Positions 37,631-51,236 of a DNA stretch of 64,000 bases are shown here, piece by piece. The stretch's first letter is position 1. Each line of letters starts with the position of its first letter. Under the pieces are notes generated by a model, which saw nothing but the letters and a program-made list of their open reading frames with translations, was not told where the DNA came from and made no database searches. Location of the stretch: positions 2,368,844 through 2,432,843 of the forward strand of contig MU057711.1 in the NCBI GenBank assembly GCA_013265495.1, given 5' to 3'. The DNA comes from Vicugna vicugna. Its lineage: Eukaryota. The position numbers and the translations under genes were made by a program.

Positions 37631-38164
37631 CAAAACAAACATTTAAATTTTCCATTTATGAATTAAATATTTTATTTCAGATCTTGACTGAAAACTGAGT
37701 CAATGCTAAATTATTACAATATTTTCCACCAAATTCAAATTAACTGAGCAAAAATGGCAAAACATTTACACTAATTTTCTTTTAAGTATTTGGATACTAT
37801 TATAAGTTAAACATAATTTGCAGAATGTTGTAAAATCATGCCAACAAGAAATAAACCATACAACTTCAAAGAGTTGCAACATGTAACTGGAGTAGGCAAA
37901 TTATCAAAACTGTACTTTTGGTTTAAATTTCAAAGTATGCACATGTGCTGGAGAACTCAATTCCACTGCATATTTTCATGGTTATGTAATTTATACATTG
38001 TATAACCAAAAGTACAGTGATTATGCCAAGGCCTTACTAAAATGATAAAAACTCAACAAAAAAGAATCTGACCCCCCAAATTTCTCCCCCAAACCTAAAA
38101 CATTCAAGCCCTATTATTTAATAACTAGTGACGATGACTTAAAACACTTAATGTAAACAGGTAG

Positions 38165-38330
38165 ACTAAATATTATTTAAAGGCATATGAAAACAGGGAA
38201 CTATATTCCATATCTTATTAATAATCTATCATGGAAAAGAATCTGAAAAAGAATACATATATAAATAACTGAATCACTTTGCTGTACACTTGAAACATTG
38301 TAAATCAATTACAGTTCAATTAAAAAAAGA
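38165..38330 (+). mobile_element. LINE-1 3' end fragment
   Basis: acagggaactatatt...gaaaagaatctgaaaaagaata...actgaatcactttgctgtacac. Confidence 0.75.
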
Positions 38331-40425
38331 ATGCATGAGAAGACTGATTCAAGGGTCACAATAAATTTGATATTGTATCTAAAATAGATGAATATATATG
38401 GATCATCAATTCTTGGCCAAGTCTCTAATCAGGAGTTTGCTAGGTCCTGGATCCCTAAGAATCTGATGAAGGCTATGGATTCCCTCCTCAAGTATACATA
38501 CAGAGGTGAACACAAAATTTTTTATGTAATTTTGTAAGGTTCTTGGTCCCCCTAAAGGTTCACCCATGGCTACCCAAAAGACCCCAGGTTAAGAACTGTT
38601 GTTATACATATTCTGAAAAACTTCCATTCCATTATGAATTATCAAATATATATTTGGGGGGAGGAGTGGCAAGTGAAGGGAGACACTAGATGACTATGCA
38701 CGTTAAATGACCACTGGGCCTTCAACTGGCCAGAAAATACTAGATTATCCTACCGATTACAAGTGTAATCTGTTAAGACAATTTGTGGAGTCCATGAATC
38801 TTAACTGTCATGTGTTAGGTTTTACTGGACCTTTGTCTATTGGCACTTGGTCATTCACAAAGCTGAATGACCTTTCTGCCTAATTTTCATGTAATTAAAA
38901 ACACAAAAAACAAAAAAAAAAATAACTCTGAATAGCCTAATGAGCTGGATAAGCTAATAAATATTACAATGGGCTACTGAATTTTCCTGAGGAAAAAAAA
39001 AATGCAGTAATGTAGAAAACTCCAAAAAATTAAAAATACTTGTTTGTTTCAATTATGATAAATCTTAACCATTTGCTCAAAAACATTTAGTGGGCATACT
39101 TTTACTCCTTCCTGTCATCATAAGAGAAAGATCAGAGGAAAACTATTCACAAAAAGAAAAAAAAAACTGAAAAATTTTCCATTAAGCAATAATAAGGTCA
39201 GAAATATGCTGAAACGAACAGTTCTAGCCTAATTTTCACCAGATGAAAAGTTGGGAAAAATCTCCATTTCTCTGAAACAATTCAGTTTTTTCAGAGCAAG
39301 TGAAATATTATCTGTACATTCAAGCTGATAGTAAAGATAGAATTAAATGCTGGTGTTATTCATAAATTTCAGCTGATCAATGTGGATGAAAAAAAGAGAG
39401 CCCAAGTAAAGATAATGTTAACTGTCTACAGTTTTCCTTCTGTAACTGAATAGGGTCTATCTAGCCCTTATGTCAGGTGAACACCGCAACCTGACAGAAA
39501 CAGAAAACAGAACAGAAAAAACAAAGCTATAGCTGATATTACCTAAATCAGTTAAGTTCATGATGGTTTAGTACAGAGCAAATTGAAAAAAAACACATCG
39601 TTCTTTTCTTTGGAAGATTAAAATGGAAAGTATAACTCTCAAATCAACATAAACCAAGGCTATTTAAAGAGGGAAAAAGCTTCAACTATAACATTAGGCA
39701 TATACATCACCTTGGTGGCCTGGAATACCTTTACTTTAACATTTTAAATTTCTTTCTTCTTAAAGTTGAAGAAAATATGTTAAACAAATACAGCCAAAGT
39801 GAACTCATGGAGCAACTGACTTTCATCAAACTAGAAAGTGTAATTAAACCTCTCTTTAGTATTTCTAGACAAGCCAATTTATTCTCTATTTTAGAAGATG
39901 TCCCTAGAAACAGAAAAAAAAAAACTACTCTAAATCAGCTTCCATTAAAATATCAATTTTATTCAGTATCTTGTAATAACCTATACAGAAAATAATCTGA
40001 AAAAAAAGTAACTGAATCACTTTGCTATATACCTGAATCAACTATACTTCAATTAAAAAAAATTGATTTTACCTGTGTTAACCTGAAATTAAAAATTAAA
40101 CATCTTTTCATTTTAAAGGTTGAAAAAATATTTTGTAGAACAAATGAAATTCAAAGTTTTACCAAAACCCATAAAATAATGAAAGACTGACTGCAGATGG
40201 CTTATTTTGCCTGGTTTTCTATCACCAAGCTCAAAAATGTTTTCTAAGACAGAAAAATACAGATTTAGATAAACTTTAGAGAGATTATGAATACCAGACA
40301 TGCAGATTTCTACCAAGATTTTGTATATACAAGATCCAAAAGCTTGACTCTCAATTGAATAGATATGTTACTTTGTAGCACGGCTCACTCTATTTCTCCA
40401 ACACAACATAAATAACTAGAGTTAC

Positions 40426-40570
40426 CTTTAGTTCTTCTATGGACTGGTAATCATTGTTCTTGATCTTTTCTTTCATGGTACTAAAATCCATTGGGTGTTT
40501 AATGATCATGGAGTAGCCAGGAGCAATAAAATCAGTCACAGGAAATGAAAAGAAAGCACTTGGGTCTTTT
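40426..40570 (-). CDS. BRD7: BRD7 exon 5 (bromodomain: KDPSAFFSFPVTDFIAPGY...IEELK)
   Basis: tcacag|A ... AAG|gtaact. Confidence 0.95.
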
Positions 40571-41035
40571 CTGTGAAGACAGGAAAAAGGCAATTTTATT
40601 TCTACTACAAACAAATCTACTGGTCAAGGAGCAGAAGTAAGAGGAAACCCTTCAGATGTAGAAAGAATCTGTTGTGTGCTAATATGTTTTTCACTGAAAA
40701 CTGAAATGATGATTTTAAAAACTAATAACTATGTAACAACAGGGTTAAGATATTTCACATACAAATTGTACCCTTAAGGCAGAGAATCTTTTAAACTATA
40801 GAGCTTAATTAATTTGTAACATCTCTTACATAGGGAAAGATGAAACAAAATAAAAACCTAGACTAACCTAGATCAATGCTTTATACTCTGGGAGATTAGT
40901 ACTATGTATTTTTATCAACTATAGAGGAAAAGGCAGGAATAGTAACTATGAATGCACATCTCCAATCTTCCATATTGGTTTCTGACTAAAGGCTTAGACT
41001 CTTGGTGGGCCACAGGAGTGGTACATCTCCGTGAG

Positions 41036-41203
41036 TATAGCTGGCCCTCTTTATCTGTGGGTCTCCCAAATGTGTGATACGGAGGACTGACTGTATTCAC
41101 TGCACTACTGCCATTTTATACAAGGGATTTGGACATCCTTGGATTCTGGTATTCAGTGGGACTCCTGGAATCAACCCCCTGTGGATACCAAGGGATAATT
41201 GTA
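41036..41203. mobile_element. TcMar-Tigger-type (MER2-like) non-autonomous DNA transposon
   Basis: Imperfect terminal inverted repeats (gccctctttatctgtggg / ccctgtggataccaaggga) flanked by TA. Confidence 0.6.
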
Positions 41204-41315
41204 TATACCTTTTCTTAATGGACTTCCATTGTGTGTGTAGGGGGGTGCTCAAAAAACTGGTATTAAAAAGGTTCTCATAATATTCCCAAAACTTGAGACC
41301 CAGTGCTTTCTATCT

Positions 41316-41508
41316 CAGGTTCTTAACTCTGGCTGTGCATGAGAATCATTAGAGGAGCTTTAAACAAAAATCCAGTGGGATGGAAGGCTTACCCTAGAGA
41401 CACTACATGAGAATCTCTTGGGGGAAAGGAGGGTGGGTCCAGGCATTGGTTTTTCTAGGGATGAGTTTTGGTATTTCCAGTATTGACAGGGTTGAGAACC
41501 ACTGCTCT
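41316..41508. mobile_element. hAT-Charlie MER5-like relic
   Basis: Ends caggttcttaac ... gttgagaaccactg. Confidence 0.55.
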
Positions 41509-42963
41509 ATATGATTAGCCCATCAGACAGATATTTTCCTCTGGAAATTTGGCAAAGCAAAGCTTTCTTACTACAAATAATCACAGCAATAAAAATGGTT
41601 TAAAAAATAATAATAGCAATTAAAAAAATGTATCTACCACATGCCAGGACCAGTGGTAGGGAATTGATATATTTTATATCTAATCCTCACAGAGGCCATC
41701 AAGGAGGTAGTATCCTCACTTAGAGATGAGCATACTGAGGCTCAAAGGTCAAATCATTTAGGTCATAAATCCGATAAAAGATAGAGCTGGAATCTGAACT
41801 CAGGTGTGTGTGAATCTGCCTCTGTTCTTCCCAGAAGGATGCATAAGGAGTGACACTAAAAATTGCTGAGAATAAGCAAAACTATCCAGTCTGGAACTTA
41901 CATATCCAAATGCATGCTGTCCATAGTAGTTACCATGAATAACACCATGAAGTATCTCTGGAGGACCTCTTCAGAGCAAATTATCTACATCCCCTAAAAT
42001 TAGTCATTTTAATATAGAGTCCCACTTGACCAGAAATATTATTACTAAACTTGGTTAATTATATTTTTTACCACCATTTATACTGAGCCTCAAGGATGAA
42101 GAATCACTAAGACTACTCAAAAAAAGTGGCTCTGGGTTCTCCCAAATGTTCTGAGCAGTGTGAACATCTCTAGTCTAAGAGAGACCTTGTTAGATAGATT
42201 TCTTTTAAGGTGACATCAATAATCTACATTCTGATCTTATGTTGCAAGAAGCAAAATTAAAAGGTAGCCGAAACACTTCATAGTCATATATTCTAACTGA
42301 GTTGGAATGCTCAATATTTACTGGTTCACTCCTTTGGGACAAGCAATGAATGATTCATTCAAGTGTAAATACTTGAGATACAATTTTCTCAACTGTTCTG
42401 TAACAACAAAAAGGGAAAGAGAGGCCACTGATTTCTGATCTTAACTGCAAAGCTGAATAGCTGTTGAACAGACAGCGCAGAGGCTTTACTTCAAAGTTAT
42501 TTATGATGTGTTCTGGGGACGACATACAAGTCCAACACAGTGAGGAGAAAGTTTACTGTTAGAATGCGTGCCCATACCAATGAATCCTCTGCGAATAATG
42601 TTAATGTCTTTGAGCTAAAAATTCAAATTCTGAGCAAAAAGAAATATCAAATATTTTAATAAACATTGATTTATTCTCTTCCCTTTTAAGAACACTGGTT
42701 TTATCTAGATATTGTAATTTTCAGAACAAATTTCTACATTTAAGAGAGGGTCACAAAAGCTTTAACATCAGAAGTTACTTTAGATTAAGGAGAAATTTGC
42801 CATTAAGAGTATTATGTAACACTCTTCAAGCTGCCAGTTAAAACAAACCAAATGAGAACATCTAAAAGTCAGCCTCTTGGAGTACTTCTATTGCCAGGCA
42901 AAATATTTATCATCCACTTTAAAATCAAGTACATTTGGATTTAGGCCACAAAATATGGCTTTA

Positions 42964-43002
<39 letters not shown>
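42964..43002. repeat. (AAT)13 microsatellite
   Basis: Perfect trinucleotide run about 70 nt from the BRD7 exon 4 donor. Confidence 0.95.
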
Positions 43003-43004
<2 letters not shown>

Positions 43005-43072
43005 TGAAGTGGTCTGGATCCTGTATTTCCCATTTCAATCTCCATGTTATAAAAATGTTGGAAAAAATTTAC

Positions 43073-43130
43073 CTCTGTAATTGTCTCATCAGTTGATTCA
43101 AAGCTTCTTGAAGGGGTGTCTGTTCTACTT
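43073..43130 (-). CDS. BRD7: BRD7 exon 4 (VEQTPLQEALNQLMRQLQ)
   Basis: ctttag|AA ... AG|gtaaat. Confidence 0.93.
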
Positions 43131-43476
43131 CTAAAGTGAAGAAGAAAGGAAAAGAGTGTTTTAAAAAGGAAGGTTTCTAGAGAGTATTGTCTAGCTTATT
43201 CTCTTTCTATACATGACTAACATCCATCATTAAATATCTCACAGAGACATTCCACTTATCTTACAAATATGCCGAAGAACGAGAATATCAACTTCAAAAA
43301 TGAAGCTAATTTGAAACGCTTAAGCAGTGACAGAAATAAGAAAAGTTAAAAAAAAAAATTAAACAGCTTTTAAATTTTAACTTAAAACCTAAAAACCCAG
43401 TCATTTTCCCTGGCTATGATCCTTAAAATAATTTCAGGCTCCTTATTCAGGACAGTCAATTCAGAGTTATTCCAAC

Positions 43477-43606
43477 CTTCTTGTTTCGCTAAAGAGCTTG
43501 CAAGAGGCTTCTCAGGAGGCAAGTCTAATCCTACAGGAGCCTGACACTGGAGTTCTTTTTCTGCCTCACTGTCCACATGGTCACGATCTCGCTTCTTTTT
43601 ATCCTC
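43477..43606 (-). CDS. BRD7: BRD7 exon 3 (EDKKKRDRDHV...SSLAKQE)
   Basis: atttag|GAG ... G|gttgga. Confidence 0.93.
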
Positions 43607-43739
43607 CTAAATGGAACAAAGGGAGATAATTTATAAATACTTCAGAATCAATACCTTTAAAACAAATCATTTTAATTTCAGTGGAAAAAGACACCACTGA
43701 AAGAAAAGATTCTTAACAATGAAATCTTAATGTATTTTA

Positions 43740-45390
43740 CTGCCATCTACTGGAAAAGGAGAGAATAACATATTCATAAAGAGGAAACAAAGTGCTTCTA
43801 TATGCTAGAAATAATTAGAAAAATACTGTTATTCACAAAAGAAAATATACCTAGGAGTAAGTCTAATAAAAGATGACAAACACCTTTTAGGAAAAATTAT
43901 GAAAAATTATTGAAAGGCCATTGTGGAAGACCTGAATAAAGGAGATATACCATGTTCATGAACTGAAAGATAGTCAATTCATTCCAAAGTAATCTATAAA
44001 TACAATGTAATGCCAATCAAAATTGCAAGATAGGATTTTTCATGAACCTTGACAAGCCAATTGTATAATTTATCTTGAAAAGTGAATCATCAAGAATAGT
44101 AAGAACAGTTTTGAAAAAGTTTACAATAAGATGTTTCTTATCAGATACTAGGTATTTGTATAAAGTGGTAATAGGACAATGTGGCTCTGACACAGGGATA
44201 AACAAACAGACCTATAGAACAGATTATAAGCCCAGAAACTGATCTATGCACATAGAAAAAAGTCTTGATATATTACAGCAGTGGCATTATAGACCAATGA
44301 CAAAAGGGTAAAGCTGGAACTGGCTATCTATATGGAAAAAAAAAATGAAATTAGATCTCTACCTCATACCACATGCAAAAGTAAATTCCAGATAAAGACT
44401 TCACTGTACAAAGCAAAGCTTTAAAACTTGAGCTAAAATAAAAGAATCTTTATGACCCAAGAGTAGGGAAAGATTTTCTTATCCACAACCAAAGCTAAAA
44501 GATGAGCGATTGAGATAAAGTACTTGAAACACAAGTAACTCAAAGATTACATAAAGAGCATCTACAAATTCATGTAAAAAGGCAAATCACCCAACAGAAA
44601 ATGTGTAAAAGATATCACAAGTAATTCCCAGAAAAAAAAACGGAAATATTAAGAAACATGAAAACTACCTTCAAGCTCTCTAGAACTGTGGGAATTATAA
44701 ATTTAAAAATGGGAAGGCATGTCATATCTCTATGGTAAAAATTAAAATGTCAAGTTTTGATGAAAATGTAGAAAATTGGGGCTCTCATACCTTGCAGATA
44801 GGTGAGTAACACGTATAACCATTAAGAGAACAATTAACAGTATCTAGTAAAGCTGAAGCTACTGTTACCATACTTCTCAGCTATTCTACTTCTGGGCATA
44901 TACCCTACAGAAACTTTCTGTCACAAGTGTACATGAAGACATGTACAAGAATATTTATTGCAGCACTCTTTGAAATAGTAAAAAAATTTAGGAACAACCC
45001 AATGCCTACTAAAAGGAAAATGGATTAATAAATTATGGTGTATTTACACAGCCAATAAAAATAAGCTAAAGTTACACTGTATCAACGTGTATTATATTCA
45101 GAAACAATTTCTAGAGGAAATAGCTGATAATTGTTACGTAAAATCTGAAAATATGTACTGAATTTTACAAATGTATGCAGAAATTGTAAAATTATAAAGA
45201 CAAGTTTGCATGTGATAACACCAACCTCATGGCTCCCTCTAGGGAAAGAGAGAGAGGACTGGAATTCTGGAAGGGCACACAGTAGGCTTCATCCATGTCT
45301 GTACTCTAATTTCTTAAAAAACAGACAAACAAACCAAAAAAACCCCAAAGAAGCAAAAGGCAAAATGTTAAGATTTGCTAGGTGGTAGTT
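43740..45390 (+). mobile_element. Old, degenerate LINE-1 ORF2 3' part (L1M type)
   Basis: Decayed matches to ORF2 (atacctaggagtaagtctaataaaagatg, gctattctacttctgggcatataccct, tttattgcagcactcttt) with no open frame. Confidence 0.75.
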
Positions 45391-45546
45391 TTTTTTTTTA
45401 AATTCTCTTTTCTTTGCATTTAAAAAATTAAATTTTACACTAAAATTGCCCCCAAATGTCTATTTTATGCTCTTCTCAACAGGATCTGACTGACTCAAAA
45501 ACAATTTTCTTGGCCTATGTCCTAATTTCTTATTCTAGTATCTAGA

Positions 45547-45825
45547 GCAATGGTTCTCAAAGTGTAGTTTCCAGACCAGAAGCATCCAGCATTACCTGGG
45601 AAATTGACAGAAATGCAAATTCTGAGATCCGATTACGGTTCTCAAACTTCAGTGTGCATCAGAATCATCTGAAGGTCTTGTTAAAACATCAAAAACTAGG
45701 CCCTGTCCCCAGAATTACTGATCCAGTAGGTTTACAGTAGAGCCTGTGAATCTGCATTACTAACAAGCTTCTAGGTTGTGTGGGTATCACTGCTGTGGGG
45801 AATCACACTTTGAGTATCATTAATA
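45547..45825. mobile_element. MER5A-like hAT elements (compound)
   Basis: Two successive 'ggttctcaaa' termini, then cacactttgag near the end. Confidence 0.65.
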
Positions 45826-46196
45826 CAGAGCTTAAACATTCTATTCCCAGGGTCCCAGGATTCAAATCTAATCCAAAATATACGATTGGTCAAAGCTCAG
45901 AGAACATTATAAACTGTAAGCATTGTGCACCTGATGTCAGTTTCCATTAAACTAATTTTTTCATGGCTCCACGACAAGCAGTAATTTTTGGCTCCAGAAA
46001 GTTTTATATCTTTTTCTCAGAAAAACTGAACTGGCATGAATCTTTCATAGGTTGTAAAGTTCAGAATATCTGTTCAATGGAAAATGGAACCCCAGAGACA
46101 AGAGCTCTTTCTATTAAATGTAAATTGTGGAGAGAGGACAGCTTGAAAGGCAATAAGCACTCTCCTAGATGGAAAGAACTAGTACAGGAAGTCTAC

Positions 46197-46405
46197 AGTA
46201 GGGGTTGGGAAACTTTTTTGGGGTAAACAGCCAGGCAGCGTATATTTAGGCTTTGTAGTACACAGTGTCTGTCACAGCTATTAACCTTTGCTGGTGTAGC
46301 AAGGAAGCAGCCACAGACAATACGTAAAAGAATAGGTGTGGCTGTATATCAATAAAACTTTATTTACAAAATCAGGTGGTGCTGGCTATAGTTTGCTGAC
46401 GCATG
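46197..46405. mobile_element. MER58A-like hAT element
   Basis: ggggttgggaaact...gcagccacagacaatacgtaaa...aataaaactttatttacaaaa...tagtttgctgac. Confidence 0.7.
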
Positions 46406-48317
46406 GTCAACAAGCTCAAGTTATAGCTCTAGCTTCATCCTTAACATACTTCTCTAACTTTCACAGGCACTCTCACTAGACTTTTTTATCACCTGCAGGG
46501 TAGAGACTTAAATGTTGATTTTTGTTTATCTCACAGTTTATGAAATGGTGAAATGACCATGAAACAGAAAAGGTGAAAAGACACCAATGGAAAGTATGTC
46601 TCTGAACTACCCCTACCTAGAAACTTTATCTAGTCAGCCTGGTCTACAGTAACTGCTTTACTATTCTGTATGGCAAGAGAACATATATAGCCTTCTGGGC
46701 TAGAGTCCAAAAGAGAAAAAGAATGTAAAAAAATCTACTTGGAAACCACCCCAAAGTGAATAGAGATACTGTTGTATATTATTGATTGACTAGGTGTTAG
46801 AAGATCTAGCTTCTAATTTACTGAAATATGACCCTAGACAAGCTACCCCACTATTTTAGTCTCAGTTTCACCTATAAAACAAGAAGCTTTGATCTCCACA
46901 GTTTTCTCTTCACACCTAACATTCTGATTCCAACCTTCCAATTTTCCTTTTTTATGATTCATAATATACCACAGAATCCTACTGTTAACATCAGTTACTA
47001 AAAGCAACAGATAAAAAAGCCAGACGTTAACACAGTTCTGGTTAACAGTAGTTTATTTTGCTAATTACATATAGAAAACTAAACAAAAATACTAGAACCA
47101 TTTAATTTCAGGTAGCCAAGGAAGGAGTTTATAAAATGGGTTCAAATTCTGGCTTTGCCATTTACTAGCTATGAGATTATGGATACACTAAACAATTTTT
47201 TTGGGGGGGGGGACTCATTCCCTTATCTTTAAAATAGACACAATACATAATTAAGAAGATTATTCTGAGGATTAAATATGGTAATGTATGTGACTTTTTA
47301 GCCCAACAGCTAGTACACAATGAATACTCATTAATTCATGCATTCAATAAATAAATGAGGTTTTACTGTGTGGATACACATTGGTGGATAAAACACATAC
47401 AGTCCTGCCCTTAGGAAGCCAACAGTGTAAAAACAGAGGCAGACATTAAACAACTCAGTAAAAAAACCCAAACACATTTCAAGGAAAGAATAACTATTGG
47501 ATGAATCTATCTAATTTACACTGGAGAAGTGTGGGAAGGCTTCTACAAAGAAGTTAACATCTAAGTTGAGATCTGAAGGAGAGAGAATTTAGCCAGGCTG
47601 GGGTGAAAATGGGGGTGGGAGTGACGTGGGAATAGAATTTCAGGGAGAGTAAATATCCTGTGTGCAAGAAGGTCTGAGGCAGGAGAAACAGTAGTTATTT
47701 CCAAGACTACAAACTTATTTCAGACTAGATTATAATTTATCCATGACTCAATGGCAAATTATTAATTTGTGAACAATACTTCTGAAACAAATCTTTGCTC
47801 ATTTTATTAACATTATAACACACACTGTACTATGTTATAGACACATTTGCCTCTTTCACTAGAGTTCTTTGTAGGGAGGGGCCCATTACTTATTTAGCTC
47901 TGTACTTCCAGGCTCGATAATGCTTGATACATAATATTTGCAGAATTAATTCATCACAAGAGACAGCATGAAATAGGAACATGAAAGCATGAGAATTAGC
48001 AGCTGAAGCCCTACGTAATTAGTACTATCCTTCAGATTAGCCACTTTTGCAGAAGATACATATAGCTATACTAACATTTAAATAATGCTTCCAGTATGCA
48101 AAACAATTTCAGAACTTCACTTTAACAGCTGATTTTAGAATTTATTTGAAAAATCAGTTTTATTACTTTGAAGCTATACCTCATCTTTGGCCTTAGGCTG
48201 AAAATAGGATCTGCTGCCCAATTTAGCTCTTACCTCTATGCCTTCCCCTAGTTCTCCAAGACAGAATGAAAAACACTTTCCTCTGGACTCCCAAAACACT
48301 TCATTCATATCACCATT

Positions 48318-48402
48318 GGGAGGTCCTGGGTTCAATACCCAGTATCTCCATTAAAAAAAATAAATAAATAAACCTAATTACACCTCCCCCTCCTCCAAAA
48401 AA
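48318..48402 (+). mobile_element. 5'-truncated tRNA-derived SINE (Vic-1-like)
   Basis: gaggtcctgggttcaatacccagtatctccatt followed by an (AAAT)n tail. Confidence 0.65.
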
Positions 48403-49104
48403 GAATTTATAAGGCCATGAAGTTTATTTATCCTTTTCTGTCTGATTCCCCAGCCCACTCCGAGCTCCTGTAAAGCAGGAACTGTATGTTATTTACCTTC
48501 ATCATTCGAGTCTAGTACATAATAGATTTCTGGTAAATATTTGTTGAATAAATAAACAAATAAATAATCTTATTAGAGGACCAACACTACTCTTATGCCC
48601 TTAGTTAAGAGTCCTTTCTTCTCTGGGAAGATCTTCTGTGATCAAGAGGACCACCTCAAGAGGGAATAGCAGAGGGGGAAAAAGGGGGAGGATTTTCTGC
48701 CAACCTGAATAATCCACAGCAGCTGAGATCATGTATGTAGCAGATTCATACAAAAGAAGTCAACGAATTGTATTATGACAGAATTCCATTTTGCTAAATG
48801 ATTACAGTCATTCATTTCTCCTCCCTAGTTATAAGCTACCTCATTCTTTATGCCTCAGTTAACTCAGAAATAAAATGAGATACTAAAAGTATCTATACCA
48901 TAAAGCTAATAAGTATTAAAACAGGAAACATAAAGAACTCAGAACAGTGCCTGGCATATGGGAAACACTCAAATGTTAGTTTTTATGAGTATGTATGCCC
49001 CTTGGGACCTGGTATAATGCTTTAATAAAACAGGTGCTTATTGGAATTTACTGTATATGAGTAAGTTTTAAATTTTCATTAAGTTTTACTTATACTAATT
49101 TGAA

Positions 49105-49625
49105 AATATATAACATTCCTATGTTCACTGAAGCATTAGTTACAACAGACAAGATATGGAAACAACTTAAGTGCCTATCAATGAAAGAACGGGAAAAAAA
49201 AAGATGTGGTGTATATATATACAACAGAAAATTACTCAAAAAAAAAAAAAAGATGAAATTTTGCCATTTGCAACAACGTGGATGAAAGATGAGGGTTTTA
49301 TGCTAAGTGAAGTAAGTCAGATGGAGAAAGACAAACACTATGATTTCACGCATATCTGGAATATAAAAAACAAACAAAAAACAAAATAAATGAAGAAAAC
49401 CAAACTAAAAAAACCCAAACGCATATACACAAAGAACATAGTGGTTACCAGAGGGGAAGGGGGATGGGGAGGGTGAAATGGGTAAAGGGAATCAACTGTA
49501 TGTTGATGTATGGAAACTAAACTTTTGGTGGTGAGCTTGCTGTACTCTACACAAAAGAATATAGTGCTATAACACATGAAACTTACGTAATGTTATAAAC
49601 CAATGTTGCTGCAATAAAAAATAAG
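49105..49625 (+). mobile_element. LINE-1 3' fragment
   Basis: Encodes EILPFATTWM...MLSEVSQMEKDK (ORF2 terminus), then a 3'UTR with AATAAA. Confidence 0.85.
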
Positions 49626-50699
49626 ACAAATTTTACTTAATCCCAGCATTATAAATAATATCCTATATAGGTTAATACTCATGACTTAAAAAAACCTGAA
49701 GCTGACTTGCAAAGCTGTGAAGACAGAATTTGGGTTAAGATTATGCTTTCCAGAAGAATAGGTTCGAGTTTCAATGAAAGAATTTAGAGCTCTCATCTGA
49801 GCGATTTCAATGAAAAGCCTTCTAAGTAGGTCTCCTTACACCCAGTGTCTACTCTCTTTAACATTTGCCAGATACTGTTAACATACTCACATTACTAAGG
49901 CTCAACTTTTTACCATTCTTGCACTCAGAAAGTTTCTGACTCCCCACAGCTTACATATCCAAGTTCAAATTCCCTACTCTGATATCTCAACTGCCTTTCA
50001 GATCTTATCTTATACTCCTCTTCATGTATTCTGTGCTTAAAAAAGAAAACTACTTTATGTCCCTCTATATACCCCCACATTTGCCCACCTTCATGCTACT
50101 GTTCTTAATTTTCTACTTGATGTACAAGCTTCCTTACTTCCAAATTTCTGTGCAGTAATGCAGCATTCTGTTCAGGCATCAGCTTCTCAAACCAGCATAT
50201 AAATGAAAATTGGGTTGTCAGATTACCTTTGAGAAGTACCTGAAGTAGCCCATGAAGTGTAACATTCATGGCTTTATGTGTACAATCCTTTACGTTTAAT
50301 GAAAAGAATATGAAAACAATATTTCTATTACACTACAATAATAGCTCAGAATATATAATTGACTCCATGTTGACTGTAATGAAACATCACTACACTCTGA
50401 TTTCTAAAGACCAGCTCAAATGCTACTTCTTGAGCAAAGTCTTCTGTGATTCTCCCAGCTCTAAGGAATTTCAGGAGCCTCAGAACTAGAATCCTGCCTC
50501 TATTCGTGCACTGATTTTATTCTTCCATGTACTGTGAAGGGGGTAAGGGGATGGAGGTTGGTGTTCATTTTAACAACTCTTTTAGACTAATGACCTTTTA
50601 AGGGCAAGAGTTGAGTTCTCCTGGCACTGAATGTGTGACCTTGAGCCAGCTACTTAACTTGTTTGAGACTCAGTTTTCTCATATATAAAAGAGAAGAAA

Positions 50700-51236
50700 A
50701 TACAATCCAGCAATTCAACTTTTGGATATATATCCAAAAGAATTAAAAAAAGGCTCTCAAAGAGATACTTGTACAATCATGTTCATAACAGCGTTATTTA
50801 CAATAGCCAAAAGGTAGAAGCGAACCAAACATCCACTGATGAATGAATGGATAAACAAAATGAGATATATCCATACAGTGTAATATTATTCAGCCTTAAA
50901 CAGGAAGGAAATTCCAACACATGCCATAACATGGATGAACCCTGAAGACATTATGTTAAGTGAAAGAAGCGAGTCACAGAAGGACAAATACTGTGTTGCT
51001 GTACTCCACTTATATGAGGTATCTAGAGCAGTCAAACTCAGAGACAGAAAGCAGAATGGTGGTTACCAGGGGCAGGGGGAAGAGGAAATGAGTTGTTGTT
51101 TCATGGGTATGAAAAAGTTCTAGAAATTGGTGGTACAACAATGTGCATACACTTAACAGTATTGAACTAGACACTAAAAATGATTAAGGTGGTAAATTTT
51201 ACACTATGTGTATCTTACCGCAATTAAAAAAAAAAG
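50700..51236 (+). mobile_element. LINE-1 3' fragment (L1MB-like)
   Basis: Encodes WMNPEDIMLSERSESQKDKYC, then a 3'UTR and A-tail. Confidence 0.85.
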
